A DNA stretch of 64,000 bases. Origin: Actinomycetes bacterium (lineage in GTDB: Bacteria; Actinomycetota; Acidimicrobiia; Acidimicrobiales; JAKAVM01). Within the stretch, counting starts at the first letter, position 1. Each line of letters begins with the position of its first letter. Location of the stretch: the NCBI GenBank assembly GCA_021827485.1, contig JAKAVM010000052.1, positions 7,084-71,083 of the forward strand, in the 5' to 3' direction. The notes under the pieces are model-generated. The model saw nothing but the letters and a program-made list of their open reading frames with translations, searched no databases and was not told the origin of the DNA. Shown piece by piece: positions 8,944-18,792 of this stretch. The translations under genes and the position numbers were made by a program.

Positions 8944-9246
8944 ATGAAAACGGTAACGGCTAGAGAGCTGCGAGAAAACCTTGATGAAATTGTGCAGAGG
9001 GTCAGAGGCGGTGAGACGATCAGAGTAACTTACCGCTCCAAACCAGCGTTTATTCTTCAACCGGAAAAACTCTCTGAATCCATTGTGCGAGGAAGCGAAG
9101 AGGCAATGAAGCAGTTTCTAAATGAAACTATTCAACTCAGTAAATCAAAAAAACGATCGTCTTTGAACCCGAAAGCAAATATCAAAGAACTTTATCATGG
9201 AATGCTTGACAATGATTTGAAATATCAGAATCTATCTAACAAGTGA
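8944..9246 (+). CDS. Phd/YefM-type antitoxin (VapB-like)
   Basis: MKTVTARELRENLDEIVQRVRGGETIRVTYRSKPAFILQP is a typical Phd/YefM N-terminus. It overlaps the PIN gene by 4 nt. Confidence 0.75.
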   Translation: MKTVTARELRENLDEIVQRVRGGETIRVTYRSKPAFILQPEKLSESIVRGSEEAMKQFLNETIQLSKSKKRSSLNPKANIKELYHGMLDNDLKYQNLSNK

Positions 9247-9611
9247 GTGCATTCTTGGACGCAAACGTTTTACTTGAAGTTCTGCTGCCGGGCAGGTTGA
9301 AAGCAAAGATGGCAGCTAAGTATATTCAACGAGAATCAGTAGTATCACCGTTAACGGCTCATCTGTATGTGTACTTTGGTAAAAAGGAAGGCTTCCCCTT
9401 GGATGCACTGATGAGAAACCTAGCCCTACTGAGTTTCACGGATCTCGGTGACGCTGAAGTGCGGTGGGCGATAGCTAATTGTCAAGGCGATGATTTTGAG
9501 GATGCTCTTCAGGTAGCATGTGCTGTTACTTACGGCTGTGAGGAATTTGTTACTTTAGACAGATCATTGGTTCAGAGATACGACAGGTATATAAAGGTGA
9601 AACATTTATAG
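9243..9611 (+). CDS. vapC: PIN-domain toxin VapC
   Basis: 122 aa. It starts SAFLDANVLLEVLL (first acidic PIN residue) and has later acidic residues in FEDALQVA and FVTLDRSL. It is coupled to the antitoxin. Confidence 0.75.
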   Translation: MSAFLDANVLLEVLLPGRLKAKMAAKYIQRESVVSPLTAHLYVYFGKKEGFPLDALMRNLALLSFTDLGDAEVRWAIANCQGDDFEDALQVACAVTYGCEEFVTLDRSLVQRYDRYIKVKHL

Positions 9612-9691
9612 GCTTTCAGTTATTTCGAATCCCCTTGCTCCGATAGCAGCGAAACTACTGCAAGATTTGCCGCAAGGCATATATATATATC

Positions 9692-10897
9692 TTATTGCGC
9701 GATTTGTGAAGCAAAGTAAGATAGAAGCGAGTAACCAGCGCCCTCGGCAGTTGGAGACATGTTAGGGAAGGCAAATGACGGTCCACAGGTATATGAACTT
9801 TGATCAAAGGCAGTCGGCGTTGTCCAAGACCAGCCTCTGATTAGGATTCCGGGAAATAGTGCCCACCCAACTATCCCAATATGATGTGATTTTAGGTAGG
9901 AAAACAACTGAGGAACCATTGCAGGAGCGCCAGGGAAACATTCGCCTTTTGCGGACTGATACTCTCCCCACTCATCGGCCATCACAGGTACACTCTGCGA
10001 AGCTATGCCAAAACGGTTGTCCCATATCGACGTTGGATTGTTGACTTCTGAAGCATTAAAATACGGGTGTACTGCATAAGCAATATTCCCTCCGGTAAGA
10101 AGATGCGAAGTAACTTGGTCAAGAATTTCGCCGGCCCCTATACCTTGTGCAAGTATCAAGTTCGTTGCCCCGGTAGATCGCACTGCATTCACGAGTTGCT
10201 GCATACCGACATAACTCTTCTTGGTTGTGGGATCTGTCCCACCATTTTGCCAAAGTTGCCACGCCTGGGCTTCGCCGCCAACGTCACTCCACGGGATTCG
10301 CCACTCATTGAATAAGTCGAAGATGACCGACGGGTTGTGCCCGTAGTGAGCAGCTACTTGTGACCAAAAAGATACAGATTCTTGAGTGGGAGCGGGGTTG
10401 TTAGAAGTTTCTTCTGTCTGGTCCGAAACGATAATAGCCATTCCGTTGGAAGTAGCGAGATTCACCAAGTGATCGATCTCAGTTAGATAACCAGGCGTGG
10501 ATCCTGAAGCTAAGTTATCCTCGGCCAATTGGACTCGAATAAGGTTTGCATGCCAAAAATTCGAGGCCGCCTGAAACTCGCCAGAACCTAAGTTGCCGAC
10601 TTGATTGTCACGCGCAAGATCGAGTTTCCAACTAGTGCGGGAGACATCGTAGACTTCAAGTCCACGGGCAACGAAGACTTTACCGGTCGAATCGAGTATC
10701 TGATTTCCCGCTACGTGAAACCCCGATGGTGCCTGTGTCGGGGAAGATTGGGTGGTCGTAGGAATCGCTGTCGGCATTTCGCCCTGTTTGAGGGTAACGG
10801 ACGACGCGTGGCCTTTGGAGGAACATCCTGAGGAGACCAGCAGAACAATTGCAACGACGATCACCTGCATTGTCGCAATAGTCGTATTGCGATTCAT
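9692..10897 (-). CDS. Glycoside hydrolase family 5 (cellulase/mannanase-like) lipoprotein
   Basis: The lipobox is LLVSSGCSS. The GH5-type acid/base motif is IFDLFNEW and the nucleophile motif is VMADEWGEY. Confidence 0.7.
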   Translation of the reverse strand: MNRNTTIATMQVIVVAIVLLVSSGCSSKGHASSVTLKQGEMPTAIPTTTQSSPTQAPSGFHVAGNQILDSTGKVFVARGLEVYDVSRTSWKLDLARDNQVGNLGSGEFQAASNFWHANLIRVQLAEDNLASGSTPGYLTEIDHLVNLATSNGMAIIVSDQTEETSNNPAPTQESVSFWSQVAAHYGHNPSVIFDLFNEWRIPWSDVGGEAQAWQLWQNGGTDPTTKKSYVGMQQLVNAVRSTGATNLILAQGIGAGEILDQVTSHLLTGGNIAYAVHPYFNASEVNNPTSIWDNRFGIASQSVPVMADEWGEYQSAKGECFPGAPAMVPQLFSYLKSHHIGIVGWALFPGILIRGWSWTTPTAFDQSSYTCGPSFAFPNMSPTAEGAGYSLLSYFASQIAQ

Positions 10898-11556
10898 CTA
10901 ACCATCAATCCCTTCATCACAGTATTATATACAAAGTCAGCGCTCGCTTGTGGAGATTCGTTCCTGGCTATAATTCGAACCATTAGCATGGAGGTAACAG
11001 AGGCCGCGGTGTCAATAGCAGTAGTCGGACACTCGATCTCTCCATTATCTACACCAACCTGCAGTATGCCAGCAAGAGGGGCCGGTAGTGGGAAGATCAG
11101 CCTTGGGTCACGAGAATCGACAGGAGGACCTTCTGTCTTGCTAAACACAACAAATACGGCACGCGCCAGTACGCGATTATCAGTAATCACCTTTGCAGCT
11201 CTACGCAAATGACGTTGAACAGCAAGACTGACCGGCAAAGTTGAAGCATCCTTCAACGCTGCCTTGTTTAGGAAGGCCGCTTTCTTTGCAAGCACTGCTG
11301 CGGCCAATGCCCCCTTTGTCCCATATCGTTGATAAATCGTGGCCGGACCTACCCCAGCGTGAAAAGCTACCGACTCTACACTTGCTTGATCGAATCCGAC
11401 CTGTTCAAACAGTTGAAGTGCTGCCCCAAGAATCTTATCCTCGGATCGAGCGCGCCGAGTTGCTCCAGCTCGCAGCCTCCACTCTGGTAAATCTTGAGGA
11501 ACTCTGACGGTCATGGTAGTGCAATTAAGGGCTTCACTAGAAGAACTATAAGCCAC
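10894..11556 (-). CDS. TetR-family transcriptional regulator
   Basis: The HTH is ILGAALQLFEQVGFDQASVESVAFHAGVGPATIYQRYGTKGAL. It is divergent from the large secreted-enzyme operon. Confidence 0.8.
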   Translation of the reverse strand: MAYSSSSEALNCTTMTVRVPQDLPEWRLRAGATRRARSEDKILGAALQLFEQVGFDQASVESVAFHAGVGPATIYQRYGTKGALAAAVLAKKAAFLNKAALKDASTLPVSLAVQRHLRRAAKVITDNRVLARAVFVVFSKTEGPPVDSRDPRLIFPLPAPLAGILQVGVDNGEIECPTTAIDTAASVTSMLMVRIIARNESPQASADFVYNTVMKGLMVR

Positions 11557-11652
11557 CTACCCACGGTTTTCATATTTTATTTGATCTCTAACACTTTCTT
11601 TACAACTCTCTAACATTCTTCTTGGTAATATCTGAACTATAGTAACTATAAA

Positions 11653-14600
11653 TTGGATATAGGTGCGAATCAAGGAGGAAGCTTCATGGAGAAAATCAGG
11701 GCCTTGGGAACCAAGATGGTATTGCTTACCCTGGCGATAAGTGTCATGACCTTATATTTGGGCGGGTCAGCAGGCGCCTCAATTACCCCAAAGAGGACAT
11801 ACGGGTTAGCAGGTGCCACTGCAAGTACTACTGCCTATCCACATAAGATACGTCCACGCACTTCATCGGTTACCTATGGACTTGACGTCAACCAATTCGA
11901 CGGCGATATCGGACCTTCACGGATCCCAGTAGTTTTTGGTCTCATCGCACAAGCCGGAGCTTCAAATGTTAGGTTTGGACCGGGTGGAGGCTGGCAGGCA
12001 ATCGAGACTCAAGGTCCGGGCCAGGATAACTGGACTAGCTTCGACGCAAATATGGCGAGCGCCTACGGCGACCATCTGAGCGTTCTGCTAGAGATGGGAA
12101 ACGAACCAGCCTGGGATGCTGCCAACGGCAACGTCAACGCTCCTCCGTCAGACTGTTACGCCTGGACTCCGACGGTACCTACAACTTGGTGCTCTTCCGT
12201 CACAACCTGGGTAGATGATCTGGTCAACCATATGCTAACTACTACGATTGCATCAAGTAACCCGCCCGAGTCTGAAATAAGTGAAGTTGCTGGCCTGATA
12301 CCTCGCAACGAGCCACAAAACTACGCAATGAACTGGGTCGATCCAGCTTCCGGAGGCGCAAGCCAGTGGGGTCTCGACTACGCACACTTCCAGCAGACTG
12401 TATATCTAGCGGCACACTCCACAGTGTCAACTTACAATTCGAAAAATGCAACTAGCTATTCAATAGCCGTTATGAATGGGGGCGAGGAACTTTCCTCTCC
12501 AACGAGCCGGACCTTTTCGCGCCCATTTCAAAACAGCCAAACTTACGCAGATAATGCTCAGGAGATTGTAGAAACTCTCTACTCCACTCCAGCTTTTTGC
12601 GACTCTATCGATACTTTTGACTTTCATGTCGGCGATCACGGGCCCCTCTGGTCGGTAAAGATGGTAGACAATTCAGAATTAGCCCTAGAGTCATGCGATG
12701 GCGGGAAACACCTACCAATTTGGGTAAGCGAGGTCGGATACACATCGATCCCTCAGGTTCAGACCCTACCCGAATACGCTTCCGAGCTAGGCGGTGCTTA
12801 CCAAGGTGGTCAACTCGGCCAAGCACGTTATCTATATGACACAGAGTCTGCTCTTGCTGCAGATCCAAATGTCGTGGGTATTAATTGGACTTTCGTAGTG
12901 GACCCGAACACTTCAACAATCTCTTCCGGCGGAGCACTCCACGGACTGCACAATACAGGTCCGGGATTAGGTTTGTGGGCAGCTAATCCTGATCTCGGAT
13001 ACACTCCAAAGCTAGCCGTAAGCGCTTTGCAAGCCCTTGATGGCCACGGTGGTACTGTGCCATCCACGCCTACCCCTACCACTCAAACCAGTACGGGGAT
13101 ACTGAACAACGCTCCAAGTATCTTCGAATCCATTGATTGCACGTCGCCAGCTCAGTGCATAGCGGTCGGAGCACCGGGAGCAGTTGCCATAACTTCCAAT
13201 GGAGGTTCTACTTGGAGCATAGAAAATGGTATTCCCCAGGTGGGGGTCTTGAATGGCATCTCGTGTATTACCGCAAGCCAGTGTATCGCCGTAGGAGAGG
13301 CCAATGGAAATGGTATCGTTGAGCTAACTATCAATGGTGGTACAACCTGGACTCCTGGTTCCCTACCAACCGGAACAAGTTCGCTGAACGATGTATTTTG
13401 TTCCTCTACTACACTATGTATCGCTGTAGGAGATACTTTATTAGGAGCTGTGGTTGAGTTATCAAGCGACGCTGGAGCAACTTGGACCTCTGAGGCCGTA
13501 CCCTCGGATCTAGTCGACCTAACCAGTATATCATGTGCCTCTTCAAACATATGCGAGGCAGTTGGTAATGGTTCTGGAAACCCTAGTGGCGCCCTAGTAA
13601 TAGGAACTAGTAATGGTGGGTCCACCTGGACGCAGCAACCTCTCCAAAGTGACGGCCAGTTTCTTTCCTCAATATCTTGCCCATCTCCTTCGACTTGCTT
13701 GGCAATTGGAGGCACAAATTCCGGTACGCCATTGGCCATCTCTACATCCGATGGTGGGTCTTCATGGAAGGCTTTATCTTTACCACCAAGCGTCACAGCC
13801 TTATACCAGGTCGCATGTACAACGGCTTCCTCGTGTGTTGCAACTGGTGATGCTGGTAGCACAGCCGGATCTATCACTACAACCAATGGAGGCACTAGTT
13901 GGACGCTAGTACCTATGGCGGGACTCACCACCGCTTTTGGTATTTCCTGCCCAACTAGTTCAGTATGCTTCTCAGATGGGAATGGCTCATCTTCAATTGC
14001 TGAGTCCTCTGATGGCGGGCTCAATTGGACTTCCCAGGGCCCTTCAACCGATCAGCAACAGATCTTGGCAACAGCTTGTCCTTCATCTACCACATGCTAT
14101 GCAGTTGGAGATACTACCACTTCCGGAGCGATTCTAACTAGTACCGACGCTGCTAGTGCCTGGACTTCTCAAAGCGCACCATCGAACATAAGCGATCTTT
14201 TTGCGATCTCCTGCCCATCTGTGACCATTTGTTTTGCAAGTGGTGATAGTGCGAGCGGCGGCGCAGTTATTGAAACCACCAATGGGGGGTCAACTTGGCA
14301 AGACTTATCAGGTATACCGGCAAGTTCACTTGTCATAGACGGAATATCGTGCCCTAGCACAAGCCAGTGTATCGCTGTGGGAGATGGTAGTTCCGGACAG
14401 TTTATGGATGCAGTTGCTATTGAGACCATCGATGCAGGGCAGTCATGGAGTGTACTGACTTTACCATCTGGGATTTTTGATCTCTATGGTGTATCTTGCG
14501 CATCAGAATCTAACTGTGTAGCGGTTGGCGACACAGGAAATTCAACCTCTACGTCAGGTGTAGCTATTTCAACCTCTGACGGTGGTGCATCATGGTCAAG

Positions 14601-15798
14601 CGCATTGCTTCCAGTAGGTCCGAGCTTTCTCTATAGCGTTTTATGCCTACCAGCAACTTCAACTTGTTGGGCGGGAGGAGAACAGTTCTCAGGTGGCTCA
14701 GGTGGCGGAACGAATGGGCCATCTATTCTAATGAGTACTGACGGGGGTGCTGATTGGACCGCCCAATCACCACCCTCTACTTTATCGTCAGTCCTGTCTC
14801 TAGCGTGTTTGAATACTTCAACATGTATGGCATCTGGTGTCGGCGATACTCCGGTAATATCCACAACCAATGGAGGTGGAACCTGGCAACCTGGCCAAGT
14901 TCCAGTCTCCCCGTATAATTTTCAGTCAATTGCTTGTATGTCCTCTACAACATGTATCGCTGCAGGAGGCAACTTGATAGCATCCATTGCTAATAGTGGC
15001 TCTCCACCACCTCCTCCACCACCTCCCCCACCACCTCCGCCTTCGAGTGGAACAGGTTACTGGATGATGGACGCCCAAGGTGAAGTGTTTTCCTTTGGTA
15101 CTGCTCAGTCGCTTGGTTCAGCAAAAGGTATCGGACCGTGGGTAGCCATGGCAGCTACCCCTGACGGTGGCGGATACTGGTTGATTTCATCGAAAGGAGT
15201 GGTTCAAAACTTCGGAGATGCAGGGCAACTCACGTTGTCTAATGAGAAATACGGGGTATCGCCTCCGGTGTCAATTGCGTCTACTACCGATGGTAAAGGT
15301 TACTGGGTAGCAACTTCTAATGGACAGGTGCTAACGGCAGGTGATGCCAGTTACTTTGGCTCCCCTGCTCAATCAGGAATATCTCTCAACTCCGGTATAG
15401 TCAATATGGTACCTACGCCCGATGGAGCAGGTTATTGGCTCTTAGGTGGTGACGGCGGGGTATTTAGCTACGGTGATGCTTCATTTTATGGATCAACTGG
15501 CGCAATGCACTTGAGTAAACCAGCAATCGCTATGACTCCAACATCAGATGGTAAAGGTTACTGGTTTGTCGCTACCGACGGAGGTGTCTTTGCGTTTGGT
15601 GACGCAGTTTATTACGGGTCCATGGGCGGCAAGCCTCTGAATAAACCCATCGAGGGAATTGTATCTACTACTGATGGTGGTGGTTATTGGCTGGCTGCGA
15701 CCGATGGAGGGGTATTTAGTTATGGCGATGCCGGATTCGTAGGATCCCTGGGGAGCAATCCGCCTTCAAGTCCAGTTGTTGCTTTTGAAAGGAGCTAA
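11653..15798 (+). CDS. Secreted multidomain protein. Domains in order: clan GH-A-like TIM-barrel domain, 14 Cys-pair BNR/Ycf48-like blades, poly-Pro linker, 7 GYW repeats.
   Basis: The likely start is ATG 11686 (MEKIRALG) behind caaggagga. GH-A-like motifs are MGNEPAWD, PRNEPQNY and WVSEVGYTS. There are fourteen I(S/D)CxSxxxCxAVG..(S/T)xxGGxTW units. P13 is encoded at 15004-15042. Seven GYW..DGGVF.FGDA repeats follow. Confidence 0.8.
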   Translation: MDIGANQGGSFMEKIRALGTKMVLLTLAISVMTLYLGGSAGASITPKRTYGLAGATASTTAYPHKIRPRTSSVTYGLDVNQFDGDIGPSRIPVVFGLIAQAGASNVRFGPGGGWQAIETQGPGQDNWTSFDANMASAYGDHLSVLLEMGNEPAWDAANGNVNAPPSDCYAWTPTVPTTWCSSVTTWVDDLVNHMLTTTIASSNPPESEISEVAGLIPRNEPQNYAMNWVDPASGGASQWGLDYAHFQQTVYLAAHSTVSTYNSKNATSYSIAVMNGGEELSSPTSRTFSRPFQNSQTYADNAQEIVETLYSTPAFCDSIDTFDFHVGDHGPLWSVKMVDNSELALESCDGGKHLPIWVSEVGYTSIPQVQTLPEYASELGGAYQGGQLGQARYLYDTESALAADPNVVGINWTFVVDPNTSTISSGGALHGLHNTGPGLGLWAANPDLGYTPKLAVSALQALDGHGGTVPSTPTPTTQTSTGILNNAPSIFESIDCTSPAQCIAVGAPGAVAITSNGGSTWSIENGIPQVGVLNGISCITASQCIAVGEANGNGIVELTINGGTTWTPGSLPTGTSSLNDVFCSSTTLCIAVGDTLLGAVVELSSDAGATWTSEAVPSDLVDLTSISCASSNICEAVGNGSGNPSGALVIGTSNGGSTWTQQPLQSDGQFLSSISCPSPSTCLAIGGTNSGTPLAISTSDGGSSWKALSLPPSVTALYQVACTTASSCVATGDAGSTAGSITTTNGGTSWTLVPMAGLTTAFGISCPTSSVCFSDGNGSSSIAESSDGGLNWTSQGPSTDQQQILATACPSSTTCYAVGDTTTSGAILTSTDAASAWTSQSAPSNISDLFAISCPSVTICFASGDSASGGAVIETTNGGSTWQDLSGIPASSLVIDGISCPSTSQCIAVGDGSSGQFMDAVAIETIDAGQSWSVLTLPSGIFDLYGVSCASESNCVAVGDTGNSTSTSGVAISTSDGGASWSSALLPVGPSFLYSVLCLPATSTCWAGGEQFSGGSGGGTNGPSILMSTDGGADWTAQSPPSTLSSVLSLACLNTSTCMASGVGDTPVISTTNGGGTWQPGQVPVSPYNFQSIACMSSTTCIAAGGNLIASIANSGSPPPPPPPPPPPPPSSGTGYWMMDAQGEVFSFGTAQSLGSAKGIGPWVAMAATPDGGGYWLISSKGVVQNFGDAGQLTLSNEKYGVSPPVSIASTTDGKGYWVATSNGQVLTAGDASYFGSPAQSGISLNSGIVNMVPTPDGAGYWLLGGDGGVFSYGDASFYGSTGAMHLSKPAIAMTPTSDGKGYWFVATDGGVFAFGDAVYYGSMGGKPLNKPIEGIVSTTDGGGYWLAATDGGVFSYGDAGFVGSLGSNPPSSPVVAFERS

Positions 15799-17080
15799 CA
15801 TGAAAACTACTAAGTATCTTAGTAAGAATAATAATAGCCGTAGCCAACGATTAGGTATTCTTGCGCTGACCGGTTTGGCGCTTGCATCTGCTTGTGGGCT
15901 ATTCAAGGGTGGCACCCATCCTGGAAGTAATTCACGCCCAGCGGGTCTGGTGCCTACCACTACGTCTAGTTCAGCTTTCAGTGACACAACCAATCAATCG
16001 CAGTTGTCAGGAAATATTACGTATGGAATTGATGTCAACCAATTTGACAGTGATATCGGACCGCAAAAAGTTCCCCAGGTACTCCAGATGATTCGCCAAG
16101 CTGGTGCCAGAGCGGTTCGTATTGGTGCTAGTTGGGCAACAACAGAGCCATCTCCCGGGGTATTCAACTGGACCGGGGTCGATAAACTCTTATCGACCGC
16201 CAATACCGATGGTTTAGTCGTGCTCTATGAGCTTGGAAACGAACCTGCCTGGGATGCGCTCGGGGGCAATGTGAACGCCCCGCCGAGCGACTGCGCATCC
16301 CCGTCAGCGTCATGCTCGTCGGTCATAACCTACGTATCAAATCTGATCGCACACGCAAAAACTGAAGGATTGAACTACCTAATTGTGCGCAACGAACCTC
16401 AGAATTTTAACAAGAATTGGGTCGGTGGCACCGCCGCTGCTTACGCCCATTTTCAACAGGTGGTTTATCAAACAGCCCATCAAGCTAGTCCAACCATCAA
16501 AGTCCTAAACGGTGGTACCGAAGCAGTATCGGCTAGCCTTGCTAAGCTACGCAACCAAATCCAGCCACAAACTGCCTATATGAAACAGGTTCAGGGTTTT
16601 GCCTCAGAACTTTATTCTAACCCGATATGGTGTGACTCTCTAGACGTTCTTGACGTACACGTAGGCGACCATGGACCGGTCTATTCGCCACAGATTGTTG
16701 ATGCGTCCGAGGCGGCACTTCAAGCATGTAACGGTGGGAAACATGTACCCGTGTGGGTAACCGAAGTGGGCTATCCTTCCCTTGCTTCGCTCCAAGCTTC
16801 TCATGTTTACCAAGTCGAGCTAGGTGGGAACTATCAAGGAGATCGGACTGGACAAGCACGTTATCTAACCGATACCTTCAACGCCTTGGCTAAAGATCCT
16901 AATGTGATAGGCATTAACTGGACATTTATGATCGACCCAAACCTGAACAACACAGTTCCAGCTGGTGCCACTTACAACCAGACTTTCAGCGCTGGCATGG
17001 GAGCAGGTTTAGCTTACGCATCATACAAGGAGAAAGCAGCCTACCAAGCATTTCAGTTGGCCTCGCGAGGTGGATCATGA
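15776..17080 (+). CDS. Clan GH-A-like glycoside hydrolase lipoprotein (paralogue of the N-terminal domain of the preceding protein)
   Basis: The likely start is ATG 15800 behind aaaggag. The lipobox is LALASACG. Shared motifs are LGNEPAWDALGGNVNAPPSDC, VRNEPQNF and WVTEVGYPS. Confidence 0.7.
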   Translation: MLLLKGANMKTTKYLSKNNNSRSQRLGILALTGLALASACGLFKGGTHPGSNSRPAGLVPTTTSSSAFSDTTNQSQLSGNITYGIDVNQFDSDIGPQKVPQVLQMIRQAGARAVRIGASWATTEPSPGVFNWTGVDKLLSTANTDGLVVLYELGNEPAWDALGGNVNAPPSDCASPSASCSSVITYVSNLIAHAKTEGLNYLIVRNEPQNFNKNWVGGTAAAYAHFQQVVYQTAHQASPTIKVLNGGTEAVSASLAKLRNQIQPQTAYMKQVQGFASELYSNPIWCDSLDVLDVHVGDHGPVYSPQIVDASEAALQACNGGKHVPVWVTEVGYPSLASLQASHVYQVELGGNYQGDRTGQARYLTDTFNALAKDPNVIGINWTFMIDPNLNNTVPAGATYNQTFSAGMGAGLAYASYKEKAAYQAFQLASRGGS

Positions 17081-18792
17081 ATCAAGAACTCACAACCGTA
17101 GTTGTTGGAGCAAATATCATCACGATGGACCCGAATCGGCCACGAGCCGATGCAATAGCGCTGGCTGGCCGCAACATACTTTGCGTTGGTCCCCTAGCTG
17201 AAGTTCTTGAAAGGGCAGGGGGCGGAGTAAACATTGTAGACATTGGAGGCAAAACTCTTATCCCAGGATTCATCGATCCGCACCACCATCTCTTCCTCGT
17301 AGCGGCCGATAGATTCAAGTTCAATCTGGATGGTGCAAAACCTAGATCGATCAAAGAGTTGCTTGACGAAGTCGCCAGAGTTGTACAAATTGACTCGGGA
17401 GAAGGTTGGCTGCGTATTCACGGTTATGAACCTCTGTCGTTGTTCGAACATCGTTCTCCAAATGCAGCCGAATTAGACTCGGTTTGCCCCGATCGGCCAC
17501 TTCACTTGATTGGGCTGACCTATCATGAATCTACTCTAAATAGCCTTGGACTAGCTCGGCTTGGTTGGAACTATAAATCTGACGATCCTCCAGGGGGACG
17601 CATTGTGAGAAATCATCAAGGAAAGCCGACTGGAGTTCTTCTTGAACAAGCAAGTTTTCAAGCAGAGAGCATTTCGCGCGAAGAGCTTATGCGACAAGGT
17701 GCTCCAAGTTGGATCGATCGAGCCTCAAGCCATGCATTTGAGTTAGCGAAGGCTGGTATAACACGGATAGGCGACGCGTGTGTGCCACCCATCGGTATGA
17801 CACTCTACGAAGAAGCATCTAAGCAAGGAAGACTGCCAATAACTATTCACCGCTTTCCAGTGGGCTCATCTTCGCTTGGCGATCCCTATGTAGGTGACCG
17901 TGTCACGTTGGCTGGTGATTTCAACAAGCTACCGATTGGCCCAGCAAAAATTATCGTAGACGGAGGGGAACGCTGTCATCTCTGTCTATCGAGCCGCCAG
18001 TTGATGTCAACTATTACCTCAACTCTGATCCGGACTTTTTCCCGAGGTTCACTTGCCTTAGCTCTAGCCAATAGGAGTGGATGGGCACGTCGTGAAGCCG
18101 ACGGGAGATACCACACTGGCATTCGGCTATTGGAGGATGACTCTCTTTTAGGTGCTGTAAGACAGGCAGCTCAAAGTGGTGTTCAGGTAGCGCTTCATGC
18201 AGTTGGTAATGGTGGGGTTAAATCGGCACTCGATGTGCTCTCTATGGCACAAGGTGCACTTGCTGGCTTGTCGGGTTATCCCCGGATCGAACATGCAATG
18301 ATCGTTGACCGTGAACTCATCGAACGTATTGCCTCCAATCAAGCTCTGGTGGTCGCCCAGCCTTCTTTCTTGACTGATTTGGGTGATGAGCTTACCGTGT
18401 TGCCCCTGCCTTCACCACTTCATCTTATGCCTTTTCGAACTATGCTAGACGCAGGCGTAAATATCGCAGGGAGTTCAGATTTCCCCGCTAGTTCTTTCCG
18501 GCCTCTTGCTGGAATCCAAGCCGCGATGCTTCGCAAGACCGCTGGTGGAAAAGTCATTGATTGCGATGAGGCTATTACTGTCGAGCAGGGATTGCGGATG
18601 TACACGACAGTTGCAGCCGAGTCGCTAGGGGTCGGAGCAAGTGCTGGCACTCTTAGAGAAGGCAGTAGTGCTGACTTGGTAGTTTTGTCAGATGATCCTT
18701 ACACGATACCACCGGAGCGCTTGGACAAGATCGAGGTTCTCCAAACGTGGGCTGGCGGTAAAATGATTTTTGATTCGGCTCTCAAGCCATGA
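17077..18792 (+). CDS. Amidohydrolase-family metallohydrolase (Amidohydro_3/YtcJ-like)
   Basis: IPGFIDPHHHL is the metal-binding motif. The protein is 571 aa, with ATGA overlaps on both sides. Confidence 0.7.
   Translation: MNQELTTVVVGANIITMDPNRPRADAIALAGRNILCVGPLAEVLERAGGGVNIVDIGGKTLIPGFIDPHHHLFLVAADRFKFNLDGAKPRSIKELLDEVARVVQIDSGEGWLRIHGYEPLSLFEHRSPNAAELDSVCPDRPLHLIGLTYHESTLNSLGLARLGWNYKSDDPPGGRIVRNHQGKPTGVLLEQASFQAESISREELMRQGAPSWIDRASSHAFELAKAGITRIGDACVPPIGMTLYEEASKQGRLPITIHRFPVGSSSLGDPYVGDRVTLAGDFNKLPIGPAKIIVDGGERCHLCLSSRQLMSTITSTLIRTFSRGSLALALANRSGWARREADGRYHTGIRLLEDDSLLGAVRQAAQSGVQVALHAVGNGGVKSALDVLSMAQGALAGLSGYPRIEHAMIVDRELIERIASNQALVVAQPSFLTDLGDELTVLPLPSPLHLMPFRTMLDAGVNIAGSSDFPASSFRPLAGIQAAMLRKTAGGKVIDCDEAITVEQGLRMYTTVAAESLGVGASAGTLREGSSADLVVLSDDPYTIPPERLDKIEVLQTWAGGKMIFDSALKP

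Noticed and set aside
13152-14024. A 290-aa ORF antisense to the 1381-aa secreted-protein gene. Similar long antisense ORFs occur at 6154..6768, 37831..38478, 43144..43635, 35793..36179 and 60389..60850.
   Set aside because: Each lies entirely inside a longer ORF with clear domain content on the other strand. Their translations are low-complexity with no motifs. Repetitive coding DNA depleted of stop codons routinely gives such shadow ORFs.
15004-15042. A poly-proline tract (P13, ccacc/cctcc-rich DNA) and the (TTPP)n tract at about 1500-1570, considered as slippage or phase-variation sites
   Set aside because: Codon usage within the tracts is mixed (cca, cct, ccc, ccg), so they are not homopolymeric or perfect microsatellites. 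They are best read as ordinary flexible linkers.
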